Notes under the pieces: model-generated
What the model saw: the letters and a program-made list of their open reading frames with translations, nothing else
What the model was told of the DNA's origin: nothing
The model's database searches: none
Shown here: positions 45,208-54,446 of the stretch, piece by piece
Position numbering within the stretch: position 1 is the stretch's first letter
Layout of the letters: every line of letters starts with the position of its first letter
Translations under genes and position numbers: made by a program
NCBI GenBank assembly: GCA_040376425.1
Contig: JBEIQS010000004.1
Span: 53,617-117,616 of the forward strand
Length of the DNA stretch: 64,000 nt
Direction: 5' to 3'
DNA from: Alphaproteobacteria bacterium
GTDB lineage: Bacteria; Myxococcota_A; UBA796; SXON01

Positions 45208-46167
45208 ATGAACTCCGCACTGATGATTTTTCAAGAGAGCGGGTGGGGCGGCTACCTCCAGCTTGGGCTGGTCACTGTGGCGCTGCCGTGGACCCTGATC
45301 TGCGCCGTGTTGCTGGCCATGCGATGGAAAGTACCCGCCTTGATCGCGACGATACCGCTGGGTCTCCACGCCTTGGCGGCACTGGTCGCCCTGAGTGCCG
45401 CACAGAGCAACACCGTGGCCGCCGTACGAACGGTGGACGCCTCCGCTCGGGCCGCGATCCTGGCACAGGGCATGGCCGAGGCACTTGGAAGCGGAGTTTT
45501 ACTTGCCTTCGTCCTTCCCTCGGCCATGGTGGTGGGGCTGGGAGGGGCCATCGGCGGGGTGCGGGGAAGCCGGAGCTTCGGAGCCCCGGTCCTCGCTTTT
45601 CTGGTTTGCGGGTTGATCGCGGTCTTTCCCGTCGCCGAGCTGCTGTATGAGGGGAGCATCGCCTCCATCGGACTCCGCCTGCTGATGTATGGCACCGGGG
45701 CCGTGGTCGTGACCGCCTCGATGCTTGGAAACGACGGGAAGGTGGGCGCCCGCGAGTCTTCTCTCAGCACAGCGTTGAGCTTTTTTGTTGTGGTCAGTGC
45801 CTGCGAGATCGTGGTCGGTTCCATGGAGTGGCGGCAGTTGTTCAGCGCGCTCGCGGGCATGTCCGGCGAGGGGCGGGCGGCGATGGCTGAGTACCTGGAG
45901 CCCACCCACACGCGAACCACGCTGCGATGGGTGGCGATGTTCCTGGCTATTGTGCCGGTTATCATCGCATGGCTGCGCCCCTCGGTTGAGCGGACGGAAG
46001 AGCAGATGCTGAACGAGCCCGACCCCGAAACACCCCTGCGTGGCGCCGCACACTTGTTTGCCCTTGGCCTGATCCCCCTGTGGCTGGCCGTGGCCTGGTC
46101 GGCGGATGTCAGCGAGCAGGTAGAGAAGGCCCTTGCCGCCTCGGCCCGCTCCAGCGGCACTGAGTGA
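45208..46167 (+). CDS. hypothetical polytopic membrane protein
   Basis: ORF 319 aa with about 8 hydrophobic helices. GC content is like the flanking core genes. No recognisable family. Confidence 0.45.
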   Translation: MNSALMIFQESGWGGYLQLGLVTVALPWTLICAVLLAMRWKVPALIATIPLGLHALAALVALSAAQSNTVAAVRTVDASARAAILAQGMAEALGSGVLLAFVLPSAMVVGLGGAIGGVRGSRSFGAPVLAFLVCGLIAVFPVAELLYEGSIASIGLRLLMYGTGAVVVTASMLGNDGKVGARESSLSTALSFFVVVSACEIVVGSMEWRQLFSALAGMSGEGRAAMAEYLEPTHTRTTLRWVAMFLAIVPVIIAWLRPSVERTEEQMLNEPDPETPLRGAAHLFALGLIPLWLAVAWSADVSEQVEKALAASARSSGTE

Positions 46168-46223
46168 GCCCTCATTCATTTTTTGGGTGGGGATAAGCCC
46201 GGTTTTTTCGGACACCCGCAAAG

Positions 46224-46252
46224 GCGCGTGCGGCGAGGAACGCCGCAGGCGC
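46224..46252. other. GC hairpin (12-bp stem, one mismatch, loop AGGAA) in the leader of the ATPase gene
   Basis: GCGCGTGCGGCG-AGGAA-CGCCGCAGGCGC read from the sequence. It is preceded by unusual T-runs (46178-46183, 46203-46208). It could be a terminator of the upstream gene or an island boundary. Confidence 0.3.
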
Positions 46253-46297
46253 CCGGGTGGGAATCTCCATAGTGTCAGGCTATGAGGGGAGGCCGCT

Positions 46298-47647
46298 ATG
46301 GAACAGGGAGGGAGGATGAGCACACCGGAAGTCTATGGACCTACTCAGGTACACACGATTCGGGTCAGCAATTTTCGCTGCTTTCGCTCTTTGTCTTTGG
46401 ACTTCCACCCAGAGTTGACCGTTCTCACGGCGGGGAATGGCGGCGGCAAGACCGCGGTGCTGGATGCGGTCGCGAAGGGGTTGGCGGTTTTTGTGCTCGC
46501 CGCCGAGCGGGTCAGGCTCTACACAAGGCTGTCCCCCGGAGATGTTCTCCGGCAGTTCTTCAGCGACCTGTCCACGTGGGAGAATAGACCTCCGACCAGA
46601 ATTGACCTCAGTTGGCGCCACGAAGGCACGAAGCTGGTGACAAGCCTGCTGCTGGAGGTGGTGGAGTCCACCGAAACTCAGTACCCTTCCAACGACGCCC
46701 TCCGACTGCTCGGTGATCAGGCCAACCAGAAAGTGGGTGAAAGAAGCTGTATATTTCCGCTGGTCGCCTACTACGGAACGGCACGTTTGTGGGGGGAAGG
46801 GGACTTCCAGCAGAACAACCCGGAGCACCTGGACGGGAGTGACCGGCTGAAGGGATATCGGAGCTGCCTGGAGCCAACCTCCGGCTACCAGTTTTTGGAA
46901 CAATGGTTCAAGAATCGTTGGTTCCTTGCGCGCGGTGGGGATGAACGTGCGGATACAGCTTTGAAGGCGGTGAAGGCTGCGGTCCGGAGCTGCCTTCAAG
47001 ATGCGGGATGGGGAGACATCGACTGGGACCCTGTGGAGAACACCCTCCGGGTGGAACACCGTGGTCGTGGCTGGTTCCCCATCGCCTATACCAGCGATGG
47101 AATCACCAATATCGTCGGCCTCGTTGCCGACCTCGCCCACCGCTGTGTCCGCCTCAACCCGCAATTCGGCGCGGAAGCCGCCCAGAAAACCCCGGGCATC
47201 GTGCTCATCGACGAAGTGGACATGCACCTGCATCCGGAGTGGCAGCAGACCATCCTTGGTTCGCTGCGCGAGGCATTTCCGTTGATTCAGTTTATTGTAA
47301 CGACGCATAGTCCTCAGGTGTTGAGTACGGTGCGCCGCGAGAACATTCGTGTGCTCTCCGAGAGGGCGGACGGCGAATTTGTGGCGGCGATCCCGCTCAC
47401 CAATACCTATGGGGAGCCCAGCAACGACGTGATGCAGGGGGTGATGGAGGTGGATCCGCAGCCGCCAGTTCCCGAAAAAGCGGCGTTGCAGCGCCTGACG
47501 GAGCTGGTGGACCAGGGGCACTACCGGAGTCCCGAAGCGGAAAAGCTGATGCAGAGCCTGGAAGTCGCCCTCGGTATCCATCCGCAGCTTGCACGCCTGC
47601 ACCGCAGCATTCGGCGGCAGGAAGCCCTGGCCGGGCGACGGGAATGA
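46298..47647 (+). CDS. ABC/SMC-type AAA ATPase, PtuA-like (Septu/retron-associated ATPase family)
   Basis: ORF 449 aa. N-terminal IRVSNFRCFRSLSLDF, Walker A LTAGNGGGKTAVLDAV, Walker B/D-loop GIVLIDEVDMHLHPEWQ, and FIVTTHSPQVL (H-loop). Has the AAA_15/AAA_21-type architecture. SD GGGGAGG lies 5 nt before the ATG. Confidence 0.75.
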   Translation: MEQGGRMSTPEVYGPTQVHTIRVSNFRCFRSLSLDFHPELTVLTAGNGGGKTAVLDAVAKGLAVFVLAAERVRLYTRLSPGDVLRQFFSDLSTWENRPPTRIDLSWRHEGTKLVTSLLLEVVESTETQYPSNDALRLLGDQANQKVGERSCIFPLVAYYGTARLWGEGDFQQNNPEHLDGSDRLKGYRSCLEPTSGYQFLEQWFKNRWFLARGGDERADTALKAVKAAVRSCLQDAGWGDIDWDPVENTLRVEHRGRGWFPIAYTSDGITNIVGLVADLAHRCVRLNPQFGAEAAQKTPGIVLIDEVDMHLHPEWQQTILGSLREAFPLIQFIVTTHSPQVLSTVRRENIRVLSERADGEFVAAIPLTNTYGEPSNDVMQGVMEVDPQPPVPEKAALQRLTELVDQGHYRSPEAEKLMQSLEVALGIHPQLARLHRSIRRQEALAGRRE

Positions 47648-48363
47648 GGTCGATCCAGAAACGTGGCGGAGGTGGCTATTCTCTGCGGAAAAGCCATGAC
47701 GATCCTCCACAGACACCGGATGAGGCTACCAGCCGATGGAAGAGCTTCTCCGGCAAGGCGCAGGTGCTCCAGTCTCTCCTGGAGGAACAGTACGCACTTT
47801 GTTGCTATAGCGAACTGCGCCCTGACCGGGAGGGGCTGGGCTACCACATCGAGCATGTGGAGAACAAAAGTCAGAACCCTTCTCGAACATTTGACTACGG
47901 GAATCTGGCCGCCAGCGCGCCGCATAGCGATGACCTTGCGACACTTGCGGCGGAAGGAAGAGATGTGTTTGGGGGTCATGCACCGGGCAAACAGAAGGCG
48001 GTGGATCTCCATCAATTTGTGTCCTGCCATCAGCCGGACTGCGCGCGTTTTTTTGCCTATGACTCTTATGGAAGAGTGACTCCTGCGATCGGCCTGGACC
48101 CCGCAGAGAAGGCGCGGGCTGAATACACCATCGGTCTTTTGAACTTGAACAGCTCCTATCTGGTTCCCCTCCGGAAGCGGTGGTGGGACGAACTGGAGCG
48201 CCTGGTGGATCAACATCTTCACGACGACTGGGATCTGGAAGAGCTTGCGGCGGTGGATCTGGTACCTTCTCACCAAAAACTCTCCCCCTTCTTCAGCATC
48301 ACCCGCCAGATTTTTGGTCCGGTCGCTGAAAAGGTGCTGCGGGAGCGCGCTCCGGAACGTTGA
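47644..48363 (+). CDS. HNH-type nuclease-like protein, PtuB / TIGR02646-like
   Basis: ORF 239 aa with an ATGA overlap with the ATPase gene. QYALCCYSELRPDREGLGYHIEHVENKSQNPSRTFDYGNLAAS resembles the C-x-Y-[CS]-E ... H-I-[ED]-H ... N-L core of the TIGR02646 HNH family. Confidence 0.65.
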   Translation: MRSIQKRGGGGYSLRKSHDDPPQTPDEATSRWKSFSGKAQVLQSLLEEQYALCCYSELRPDREGLGYHIEHVENKSQNPSRTFDYGNLAASAPHSDDLATLAAEGRDVFGGHAPGKQKAVDLHQFVSCHQPDCARFFAYDSYGRVTPAIGLDPAEKARAEYTIGLLNLNSSYLVPLRKRWWDELERLVDQHLHDDWDLEELAAVDLVPSHQKLSPFFSITRQIFGPVAEKVLRERAPER

Positions 48364-48367
48364 TGGT

Positions 48368-48622
48368 CTACCTCCTCACAACCTCCACCTCCACATCCTC
48401 CCCCGCCTCCTTCTTCCCCCGAATCTTCTTCGGCACCGGCAGCAGCGTCCCGTGCGTTTTGTCGCGCCAAACACTGGTTTCCCAGGTCTTGCCGTCCACC
48501 GTGGCCAGGACCGGCGTGCGTCCCCAGCCTTCGGTGACCGGCGGCGCCAGCGCGGCGGGCACCGGCGCAAAGGTCCAGCCTCCCGGGCCCGGGTAGCGAA
48601 AAAGTACCGCCTTGAAGGCCAT
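48368..48622 (-). CDS. DUF1905-domain protein
   Basis: 84-aa C-terminal part of ORF 48368..48856(-). MAFKAVLFRYPGPGGWTFAPVP...VLATVDGKTWETSVWRDK..GTLLPVPKKIR is the DUF1905 pattern. TGATG 1-nt overlap with the upstream gene stop. Confidence 0.6.
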   Translation of the reverse strand: MAFKAVLFRYPGPGGWTFAPVPAALAPPVTEGWGRTPVLATVDGKTWETSVWRDKTHGTLLPVPKKIRGKKEAGEDVEVEVVRR

Positions 48623-49134
48623 CAGTACGGTGCGTCGTGGTGGTGGTCCTTCTTCTCCCGCCCGGCCTCCTTCTTCTTTCGGCCCTTCTGCACCTTTCGC
48701 CACTCCGTACGGACCAACAGGGCTGCAGCCAGGTCGTCCTGCGCGGGTAACATAAAGATGCGACCCTCGATCCCAAAAACCTGGGCCTGTTTCTTCACCG
48801 GAAACATCGCCTGCGCGTAGCCCCCGTACAGGGTGCCGCCCGCGCCGATGCCCCACATGCCCCCCAGGCTGAAGTTGCTGTTCCCAAAACCGAGACCCAG
48901 CTCAAGCTGGGCCGGCGCACTCAGGCTGCGGGTGCCCCACTCCGATGCCAGCAGGCCGCTGAAGGAGAAGCCCACCCACCCCTCGATGGGGCCAAAGCGA
49001 TTCTTCAGCTCTCCCGCCACCATCGGCGAATAGCTGGTGTAGGCGCGGCCGTGGTCGTAGCCCGAAGACAAAGCGCCCCCCAGGGCGAGAGCACCCTGGG
49101 GGGCAGCGAGTGCAGCACCAAGGAGGAGCATCAT
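48622..49134 (-). CDS. hypothetical small outer-membrane-like protein with Lys-rich tail
   Basis: ORF 170 aa. Signal peptide MMLLLGAALAAPQGALA, Gly/aromatic beta-strand pattern, and a C-terminal KVQKGRKKKEAGREKKDHHHD tail. Confidence 0.4.
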   Translation of the reverse strand: MMLLLGAALAAPQGALALGGALSSGYDHGRAYTSYSPMVAGELKNRFGPIEGWVGFSFSGLLASEWGTRSLSAPAQLELGLGFGNSNFSLGGMWGIGAGGTLYGGYAQAMFPVKKQAQVFGIEGRIFMLPAQDDLAAALLVRTEWRKVQKGRKKKEAGREKKDHHHDAPY

Positions 49135-49174
49135 GCGCTCAGTCTAAGCGCCCGACCCCCTCCTGAGAAGAGCC

Positions 49175-51928
49175 TCAGTAGGTGAACTGCAGCGACGCGC
49201 GGATCGAGCGCGGCGCCTGACGGTACATCACCTTACCGAAGGAGGCTCCTTCGTTCTCGTAGTAGTTTATCGGGGTGCTCAGGTCCAACAGGTTGAAGAT
49301 GTCGATACCCAGCTCGATCTCCCGCTCGTTGCCCAGATCGTAGGCCCCCGCCAGACGCAGATCCAGGTAGTTGGTCACCGGCATCATCCGGCTTCCACGA
49401 CCTTCGGGGAACGCATAGTAGTCGTCGTACAGCGACACGTAGCCGCGCTTCTGCCAGGCATGCCCGGAGTCCAGCTCGTAGATCAAACCGCCGGTCAGGT
49501 CCAGCTTCTTGATCTCCAGGGTGTAGCTACCGTTCACCTTCACCGAGTGGAAGGAGTGGTAGGGCAGGTAGCCGTAGTAGCCCGCGTCGTCGGTCTCCGT
49601 TCCCAGCCCGGCCAGACCCTCCAACAGCCAGCCCATGCCGCTGTCGAAGAAGCCCTCGCGGGCGTCCATGTCGTTCACGTCGTCCAGGTACACACCCACC
49701 TGGTTACCGTCGGACCCAAAGGAACCGCCGGAGGAAAGCTCAAACTGACCGGGTGTGTGACCCTTGGCTTCCGACAGCGTGTAGCTGGCGAGAAGCTGCC
49801 AGTTGTCGGCATACTTCTTCTGTACGGTGAGTTCGACCGCCCGGTAGTCGCGCCACTTGTTGTCCGGGTTGCCGATGAAGAACTGGTCGGCGTCCACGTC
49901 GATATCCTCGGCCAGACCGGAGGTCTTGGAGAGGATACCGCGTGCTCCCACGGAGAAGTTCCGGAAGAGCTCCCGCTCGAAGCCCACTGCGAACTTGTCC
50001 ACATGGAAGGGGGTCAGGTTCTCGTCGACCGTGGCGGGGTTTCCAGAGGGATCCTGCACCCACACCAGATCGTAGCCGCCAGTGTCGGGGTTGAAGCGGT
50101 ACTGCCGGTAGGAGTAGGCCGAGCGGGTATCGCCCCAGTCGGCGAAGCCGTTGCCCACCACGTCGTAGTAGCGACCGTAGTTCGCGGTGAGCTTGGTCCG
50201 GGAATCGCGGGTCACGTCCCACACCATGCCGAGACGCGGAGAGAACATCCAGGAGTCCAGGAACAGATCCCCGGCGTTCTGGTAGATGCCTTCGCGGTCC
50301 ACGCGCACGCCGATGTTCATGGTGACCGGGTCTACCGGCTGCCAATCATCCTGGAGGTAGAAGGTGAATACGTCGGTGTGGTGCCCCAGCGGACCCACTT
50401 CGTTGTACTCCGTGTAGCCGTAGCAGTCCGCGTAGTCGGGGGCCGTACAGGGCAGACCCGAGTCGGGGCTGGCCACGTACTTCACGCCGCCATCCGGGCC
50501 GGTGTAGACCAGCTCGCGCTGGTCGGCCAGGCGCCAGATTTCCGCGCCGGCCTTGATCTTGTGGCTACCCGTGCTGCCGTCGAAGAGGCGGGTCACCGAG
50601 GCCATTCCGCCCAAACGACCCCGATCGTTGAGGTCGAAGTCTGAGTGATTGCCCGAGTAGGCGCCGGTGTCCAGGTTGAAAATGGTCGGTGCTTCTTCGT
50701 CGCCGGAGGCGGGGACCACGTCGATGGAGCTGTTCCACCACATGCCCTTCAGGTCGATCTCGGTGAAGGCATCGGGGCGCCACCGGAACTGCAGCAGGTG
50801 GCTGAGGCTGCTGCTCTCGTAGTCCGAGAGGGCAGCTTCGTTGACCAGCGGACCCACGTTGTAGTTGGGGATCACGTTGTAGTCGCCGGCGACCTTGTAG
50901 GACAGCGACACGTCAGGAGTGATAAACCAGGTCAGACGCCCGAAAGCGGCAATGCTGGTGAGCTCCTGAGACAGGGTGCTGCCGTCGGCGGCGGGCTTGG
51001 TCCCCTCGGGGGTCAGGCTGGAGTAGCCGAAGTCTACCCCGCCGAAATACCACAGCTTCTCCTTCACGATCGGGCCACCGGCCGCCAACGAAACGTCGTG
51101 GGACAGGAACTTGGCCTTCGCCGTCTCCACCTCTTCGCTGGTCTCGGTGTCCAGGATCAGGTAGGTCTTCTTGAAGCTGGCGTTCGTGGAGATCCCGTAG
51201 TACACCGAGCCGAAGTGCTCGTCGCCACCGTCCTTGGTGACGACGTTCACCAACATGCCGGTGAACTCACCGAACTCGGCGGGTGCGCCGTCGGTGTACA
51301 CCTGGATGTCTTCGATAGCCTCAAAGGGCAGGTTCACCGCGAAGGTCTTGGTAGACGGGTCGCGGGTGGAGGTGCCGTCGACCAGGATGTTGTTCCCGTA
51401 CTGGCCTTCGCCGCGTACGGAGGGGTTGCCATCGCCACCGCCGCCGTCCTGGGTATTGACGCGTCCAGAGATGCCGGGGAGCATGTTGACCGCATCCTGG
51501 TAGGAGCGACCGGTGGGCAGATCCCGGAGCATCTCTGCGGAGATTTCGGTAGAGAACGAGGAACGGGTGGTATCCACCACCGGCAGCTCGGCCACCACCA
51601 CCACCTCTTCCGAGGCGTTGAGCTTCATGACCACGGGCACAAAGACCGTGCCGTCGATGGACACCGTGACCGTGGTGCGCAGGGGCGCCATACCGGCCAT
51701 GGTGACCACCAGCGTGTGGGTACCGCTGGGGACGGAGGGGAAGCGGAAGTTCCCTTCGGCATCGGTCTTTGCGGCCAGCTCGCCTGCAATGTCCCGGCCG
51801 GTCAGGGTGACAACGGCACCGGGCACTTCAATGCCGGTATCGTCCTCCACGTGCCCGCGCACCGCACCGGTGGTCGCCGCCTGAGCCATGTCAACAAAAA
51901 GAGGATTCAGCAAAAAGAGCGCGATCAT
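49175..51928 (-). CDS. Oar-like TonB-dependent receptor (carboxypeptidase-regulatory-like domain plus plug plus barrel)
   Basis: ORF 49175..51964(-), starting at MIALFLLNPLFVDMAQA (ATGA overlap with the upstream gene). GAVRGHVEDDTGIEVPGAVVTL...DAEGNFRFPSVPSGTHTLVV (CarboxypepD_reg), LPGISGR...GNPSVRGEGQYGNNILVDG (plug), and a terminal ...SLQFTY. Confidence 0.8.
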   Translation of the reverse strand: MIALFLLNPLFVDMAQAATTGAVRGHVEDDTGIEVPGAVVTLTGRDIAGELAAKTDAEGNFRFPSVPSGTHTLVVTMAGMAPLRTTVTVSIDGTVFVPVVMKLNASEEVVVVAELPVVDTTRSSFSTEISAEMLRDLPTGRSYQDAVNMLPGISGRVNTQDGGGGDGNPSVRGEGQYGNNILVDGTSTRDPSTKTFAVNLPFEAIEDIQVYTDGAPAEFGEFTGMLVNVVTKDGGDEHFGSVYYGISTNASFKKTYLILDTETSEEVETAKAKFLSHDVSLAAGGPIVKEKLWYFGGVDFGYSSLTPEGTKPAADGSTLSQELTSIAAFGRLTWFITPDVSLSYKVAGDYNVIPNYNVGPLVNEAALSDYESSSLSHLLQFRWRPDAFTEIDLKGMWWNSSIDVVPASGDEEAPTIFNLDTGAYSGNHSDFDLNDRGRLGGMASVTRLFDGSTGSHKIKAGAEIWRLADQRELVYTGPDGGVKYVASPDSGLPCTAPDYADCYGYTEYNEVGPLGHHTDVFTFYLQDDWQPVDPVTMNIGVRVDREGIYQNAGDLFLDSWMFSPRLGMVWDVTRDSRTKLTANYGRYYDVVGNGFADWGDTRSAYSYRQYRFNPDTGGYDLVWVQDPSGNPATVDENLTPFHVDKFAVGFERELFRNFSVGARGILSKTSGLAEDIDVDADQFFIGNPDNKWRDYRAVELTVQKKYADNWQLLASYTLSEAKGHTPGQFELSSGGSFGSDGNQVGVYLDDVNDMDAREGFFDSGMGWLLEGLAGLGTETDDAGYYGYLPYHSFHSVKVNGSYTLEIKKLDLTGGLIYELDSGHAWQKRGYVSLYDDYYAFPEGRGSRMMPVTNYLDLRLAGAYDLGNEREIELGIDIFNLLDLSTPINYYENEGASFGKVMYRQAPRSIRASLQFTY

Positions 51929-52644
51929 TGGGCGGCTCCGTAGATCAGCTTGAAGTCGGTACAAGCGTAGGCGGTGTCCCCAGTATCAGGGGGAGGACAG
52001 GGCGCGCCGGCCAGGGTGTTGCCGTCCGCGTCCACCAGGGTCAGGTAGTATTGCCCGTCCGCGGGGACCGCGGGGGCCACAAAGCTGGCGCTGGCGGTGC
52101 CACAGTTGGAGGTGAGGGCGATGTCGCTACCGACCGCCGTGCCCGTGCTGTCCAGAATGCGCGCTTTGACGGCGGCCGCGTCCAGACCGCAGCCACCCAG
52201 GCTGATGGAGCTGCCCGCGGTGACGCCTTCGCCGGGACCGTAGCTCTCCAGGTAGCCCAACGCCGGACACTCGACGTAGTAGTAGGCTCCCGAGCCGGTG
52301 ATCACATCCTCTTTCCCACCGGTGCGCACGGTCACGTCCTGGTAGCCCTTGCCCAGCAGGCTGGGGGGAACAATGCCGTTGACCAGGAAGCCCTTGTCGA
52401 TCTCTTCGGTGGCGCCGGTCAGGCTGCTGACCTTCTGATCGCCGATGTACACCTCGATGTCGTCACCAAAGCCGCGCCCGGTAACGGTGACCGCCGTGCA
52501 GCCATCCACCCAGCCGTAGATCGGACGAATGGACACCGCATCAAAGGTGTTGTTCGAGCAAGATGTTCCAAGAAGAAGCGCCGCTGTCAGCAGCAGCCCG
52601 GCTGTCCGGGATTTGCCCGGATGTGAAGCAGAAGTGGGGACCAA
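51925..52644 (-). CDS. IPT/TIG-domain lipoprotein
   Basis: Inner part of ORF 51925..53319(-). TTG start at 52644 sits 7 nt after a strong SD, AGGAGG, giving (M)VPTSASHPGKSRTAGLLLTAALLLGTSC (lipobox). IYGWVDGCTAVTVTGRGFGDDIEVYIGDQKV is IPT-like. Confidence 0.6.
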   Translation of the reverse strand: MVPTSASHPGKSRTAGLLLTAALLLGTSCSNNTFDAVSIRPIYGWVDGCTAVTVTGRGFGDDIEVYIGDQKVSSLTGATEEIDKGFLVNGIVPPSLLGKGYQDVTVRTGGKEDVITGSGAYYYVECPALGYLESYGPGEGVTAGSSISLGGCGLDAAAVKARILDSTGTAVGSDIALTSNCGTASASFVAPAVPADGQYYLTLVDADGNTLAGAPCPPPDTGDTAYACTDFKLIYGAAQ

Positions 52645-52893
52645 GGGGATACCTCCTGATTCATATGGTGTAGCAGATGGGGCGTGGGCGAGGAACAAGA
52701 GGCGGGACTGACCAGTGGGTCGCAATAGGAAGCTGGGCGCATATGCTGGCGATTTACAAAGAATGATGAGAGGCTCTGTTAACTTCCTTCTCCAGCTTTC
52801 CACGTCCCCATCGTGGGGCGTCCGGCGCGAGGTATCCTGTGTGCGGCCGAGGGCGGTGCGGCCGAGCGCGCCCGATTCGGATAGGTCGGAACG

Positions 52894-54438
52894 ATGTGGT
52901 GTATTGCCGGCGCCCTGGCCATGACCCCCGCGACCCTTGCCGGTGCGGACCCCTACCTGCTCTCGCTGCTGGATCCGGCGGAGCCCCGGGGTCTGATCGC
53001 GGACCTGCGGGGGGAAAGTACGGTACTGGACCTGTATGGGGCTGCCGTACACCTGGAGGGGACGGTCCTGGTCGGGGAGATCGAGGGGAGGGGGCTGGAG
53101 CGCTACGGGGCATGGCTGTCCATCGATACGCAGGGCGGGCCGGCACCTGATCTTCGCCTGGGTCTGGGGCGGGGCTGGGTGCGTGTGGCGCCGATTGGCG
53201 ACGATGGCTGGACCCCGGAAGGGTCGTCGCTGCCGCTGCCCGGCGAGACTGTGCTGAAGGGGGAGCGCCTGAGCTTCCGGGTGGATCTCGGACCCACCCT
53301 GCGCCTGCAGTCGGGGCACGCCGGGGCGGTGGTGGCACTGATGACCGACGGCGTGGTGGAGGACACGGGACCGGCCGGGTCGCTGGGGCAGGCTCCGTCC
53401 GACGCGCGGCGGATCCTGGAGGCGCTAGAGGCAGAAGGGGTGGATCTGAGCGTCGATCCCGACCTTGCCGTGGCGGTGGCGCTGGATTTTGCGCTCTGGT
53501 ATGGTCGGGTGCTGCCGGAGCTTCAGCCGCTGGTGATCGCGGACGCCCGCGCCTGGTACCTGTACGGCTTGGGCCTGGATCGCTGGCTGGAAAGCCGTGG
53601 ACTCCCCTGGAAGTTTTCGACGTTGCCGCCCATGGCCAAGCTGCTTTGGGCCTGGGCCGGGGGGCAGTCGGTGGTGTACGGTGCGGCCCCCCTGGCATGG
53701 CAGAAGGGGAGTATCGACCTGGAGCACTACCGCTTCTATGTGCTGGACCCGCAGATGTTGCCCGAGCTGCGCGATCGGATGCCGGTCGGAAAAAGCCTCT
53801 GGGAAACGGTAGAGCTGCGGGATGCCTGGGTGTGGAAGCACCTGCGCTACCGGGGGCCCGAGGGGGCCATGCGTGCGCTGTGCGCCACCGGCGTGTTTTC
53901 GGATTCCGATTGTAAGCAGTGGAAAAAAGAGCGCCGCGAAGGTCTGCGATTGGGGAAATTGGGGGCAGTAGAGCTGCTGCCGGAAGCTGCCGTCAGCGCA
54001 GGCTTTCAATGGGATAAATTCCGGCGCGATTCACTTTTTGTAGGGGACTGCGCCACGGCCACTTCGGTGGCCATGGCCAGCTACCAGGCGGTGGGCCTGG
54101 TGCCGCTGGCGGTGGGCTATGCCGGCCCCGACTGGTCCTGGCCCACCCACGAGCAGCCCTTTGTGCTGGACGGGGAGAGCTTCTTTACGCCACAGACCGG
54201 ACCGAGCCCCACTTTTGCGCTGGAGCGGACCTACGCCTATGTGGTCCTGCCCATGGTGCACCCGGTCCACAGCCTGGGCCTGGGCACCGAGCCCGGAGGG
54301 TGGGCGCGCGGAGGTGCAGTCGGGGGGGGATGGGAGCTGTACGGAGTCTTGACGCGTCAATGGGAGGATGGAATTCCGCTGGAAAAAATTGGCTCTATGG
54401 TGGAGGAGCAGGTCATTGGGGGCTGGCCCGCTCTCTGA
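52894..54438 (+). CDS. hypothetical secreted protein; possible transglutaminase-like Cys-protease core in the C-terminal third
   Basis: ORF 514 aa with signal-like MWCIAGALAMTPATLAGA. FVGDCATATSVAMASYQAVGLVPLAVGY...WPTHEQPFV loosely matches the G-x-C...H pattern of the transglutaminase-like fold. Very tentative. Confidence 0.35.
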   Translation: MWCIAGALAMTPATLAGADPYLLSLLDPAEPRGLIADLRGESTVLDLYGAAVHLEGTVLVGEIEGRGLERYGAWLSIDTQGGPAPDLRLGLGRGWVRVAPIGDDGWTPEGSSLPLPGETVLKGERLSFRVDLGPTLRLQSGHAGAVVALMTDGVVEDTGPAGSLGQAPSDARRILEALEAEGVDLSVDPDLAVAVALDFALWYGRVLPELQPLVIADARAWYLYGLGLDRWLESRGLPWKFSTLPPMAKLLWAWAGGQSVVYGAAPLAWQKGSIDLEHYRFYVLDPQMLPELRDRMPVGKSLWETVELRDAWVWKHLRYRGPEGAMRALCATGVFSDSDCKQWKKERREGLRLGKLGAVELLPEAAVSAGFQWDKFRRDSLFVGDCATATSVAMASYQAVGLVPLAVGYAGPDWSWPTHEQPFVLDGESFFTPQTGPSPTFALERTYAYVVLPMVHPVHSLGLGTEPGGWARGGAVGGGWELYGVLTRQWEDGIPLEKIGSMVEEQVIGGWPAL

Positions 54439-54446
54439 GTCGCGCC

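Noticed and set aside
46280-47716. 478-aa minus-strand ORF opposite the ATPase gene
   Set aside because: The plus-strand frame carries Walker A/B and H-loop motifs and an SD. The minus frame has no motifs and a biased composition.
46168-48367. Retron reverse transcriptase/msr-msd, or a methylase accompanying the ATPase-HNH pair
   Set aside because: No RT motif (YxDD) ORF and no room for one. The pair is bounded by a membrane-protein gene and a DUF1905 gene.
49460-51943. 394-aa and 432-aa plus-strand ORFs
   Set aside because: They are antisense to the Oar-like TonB-dependent receptor. The composition is V/G/H/A-rich.
52841-52866. Direct repeat GTGCGGCCGAG x2 (15-nt period) upstream of the 52894 gene
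   Set aside because: It is short and GC-rich in a GC-rich genome, so it cannot be distinguished from chance without comparative data.
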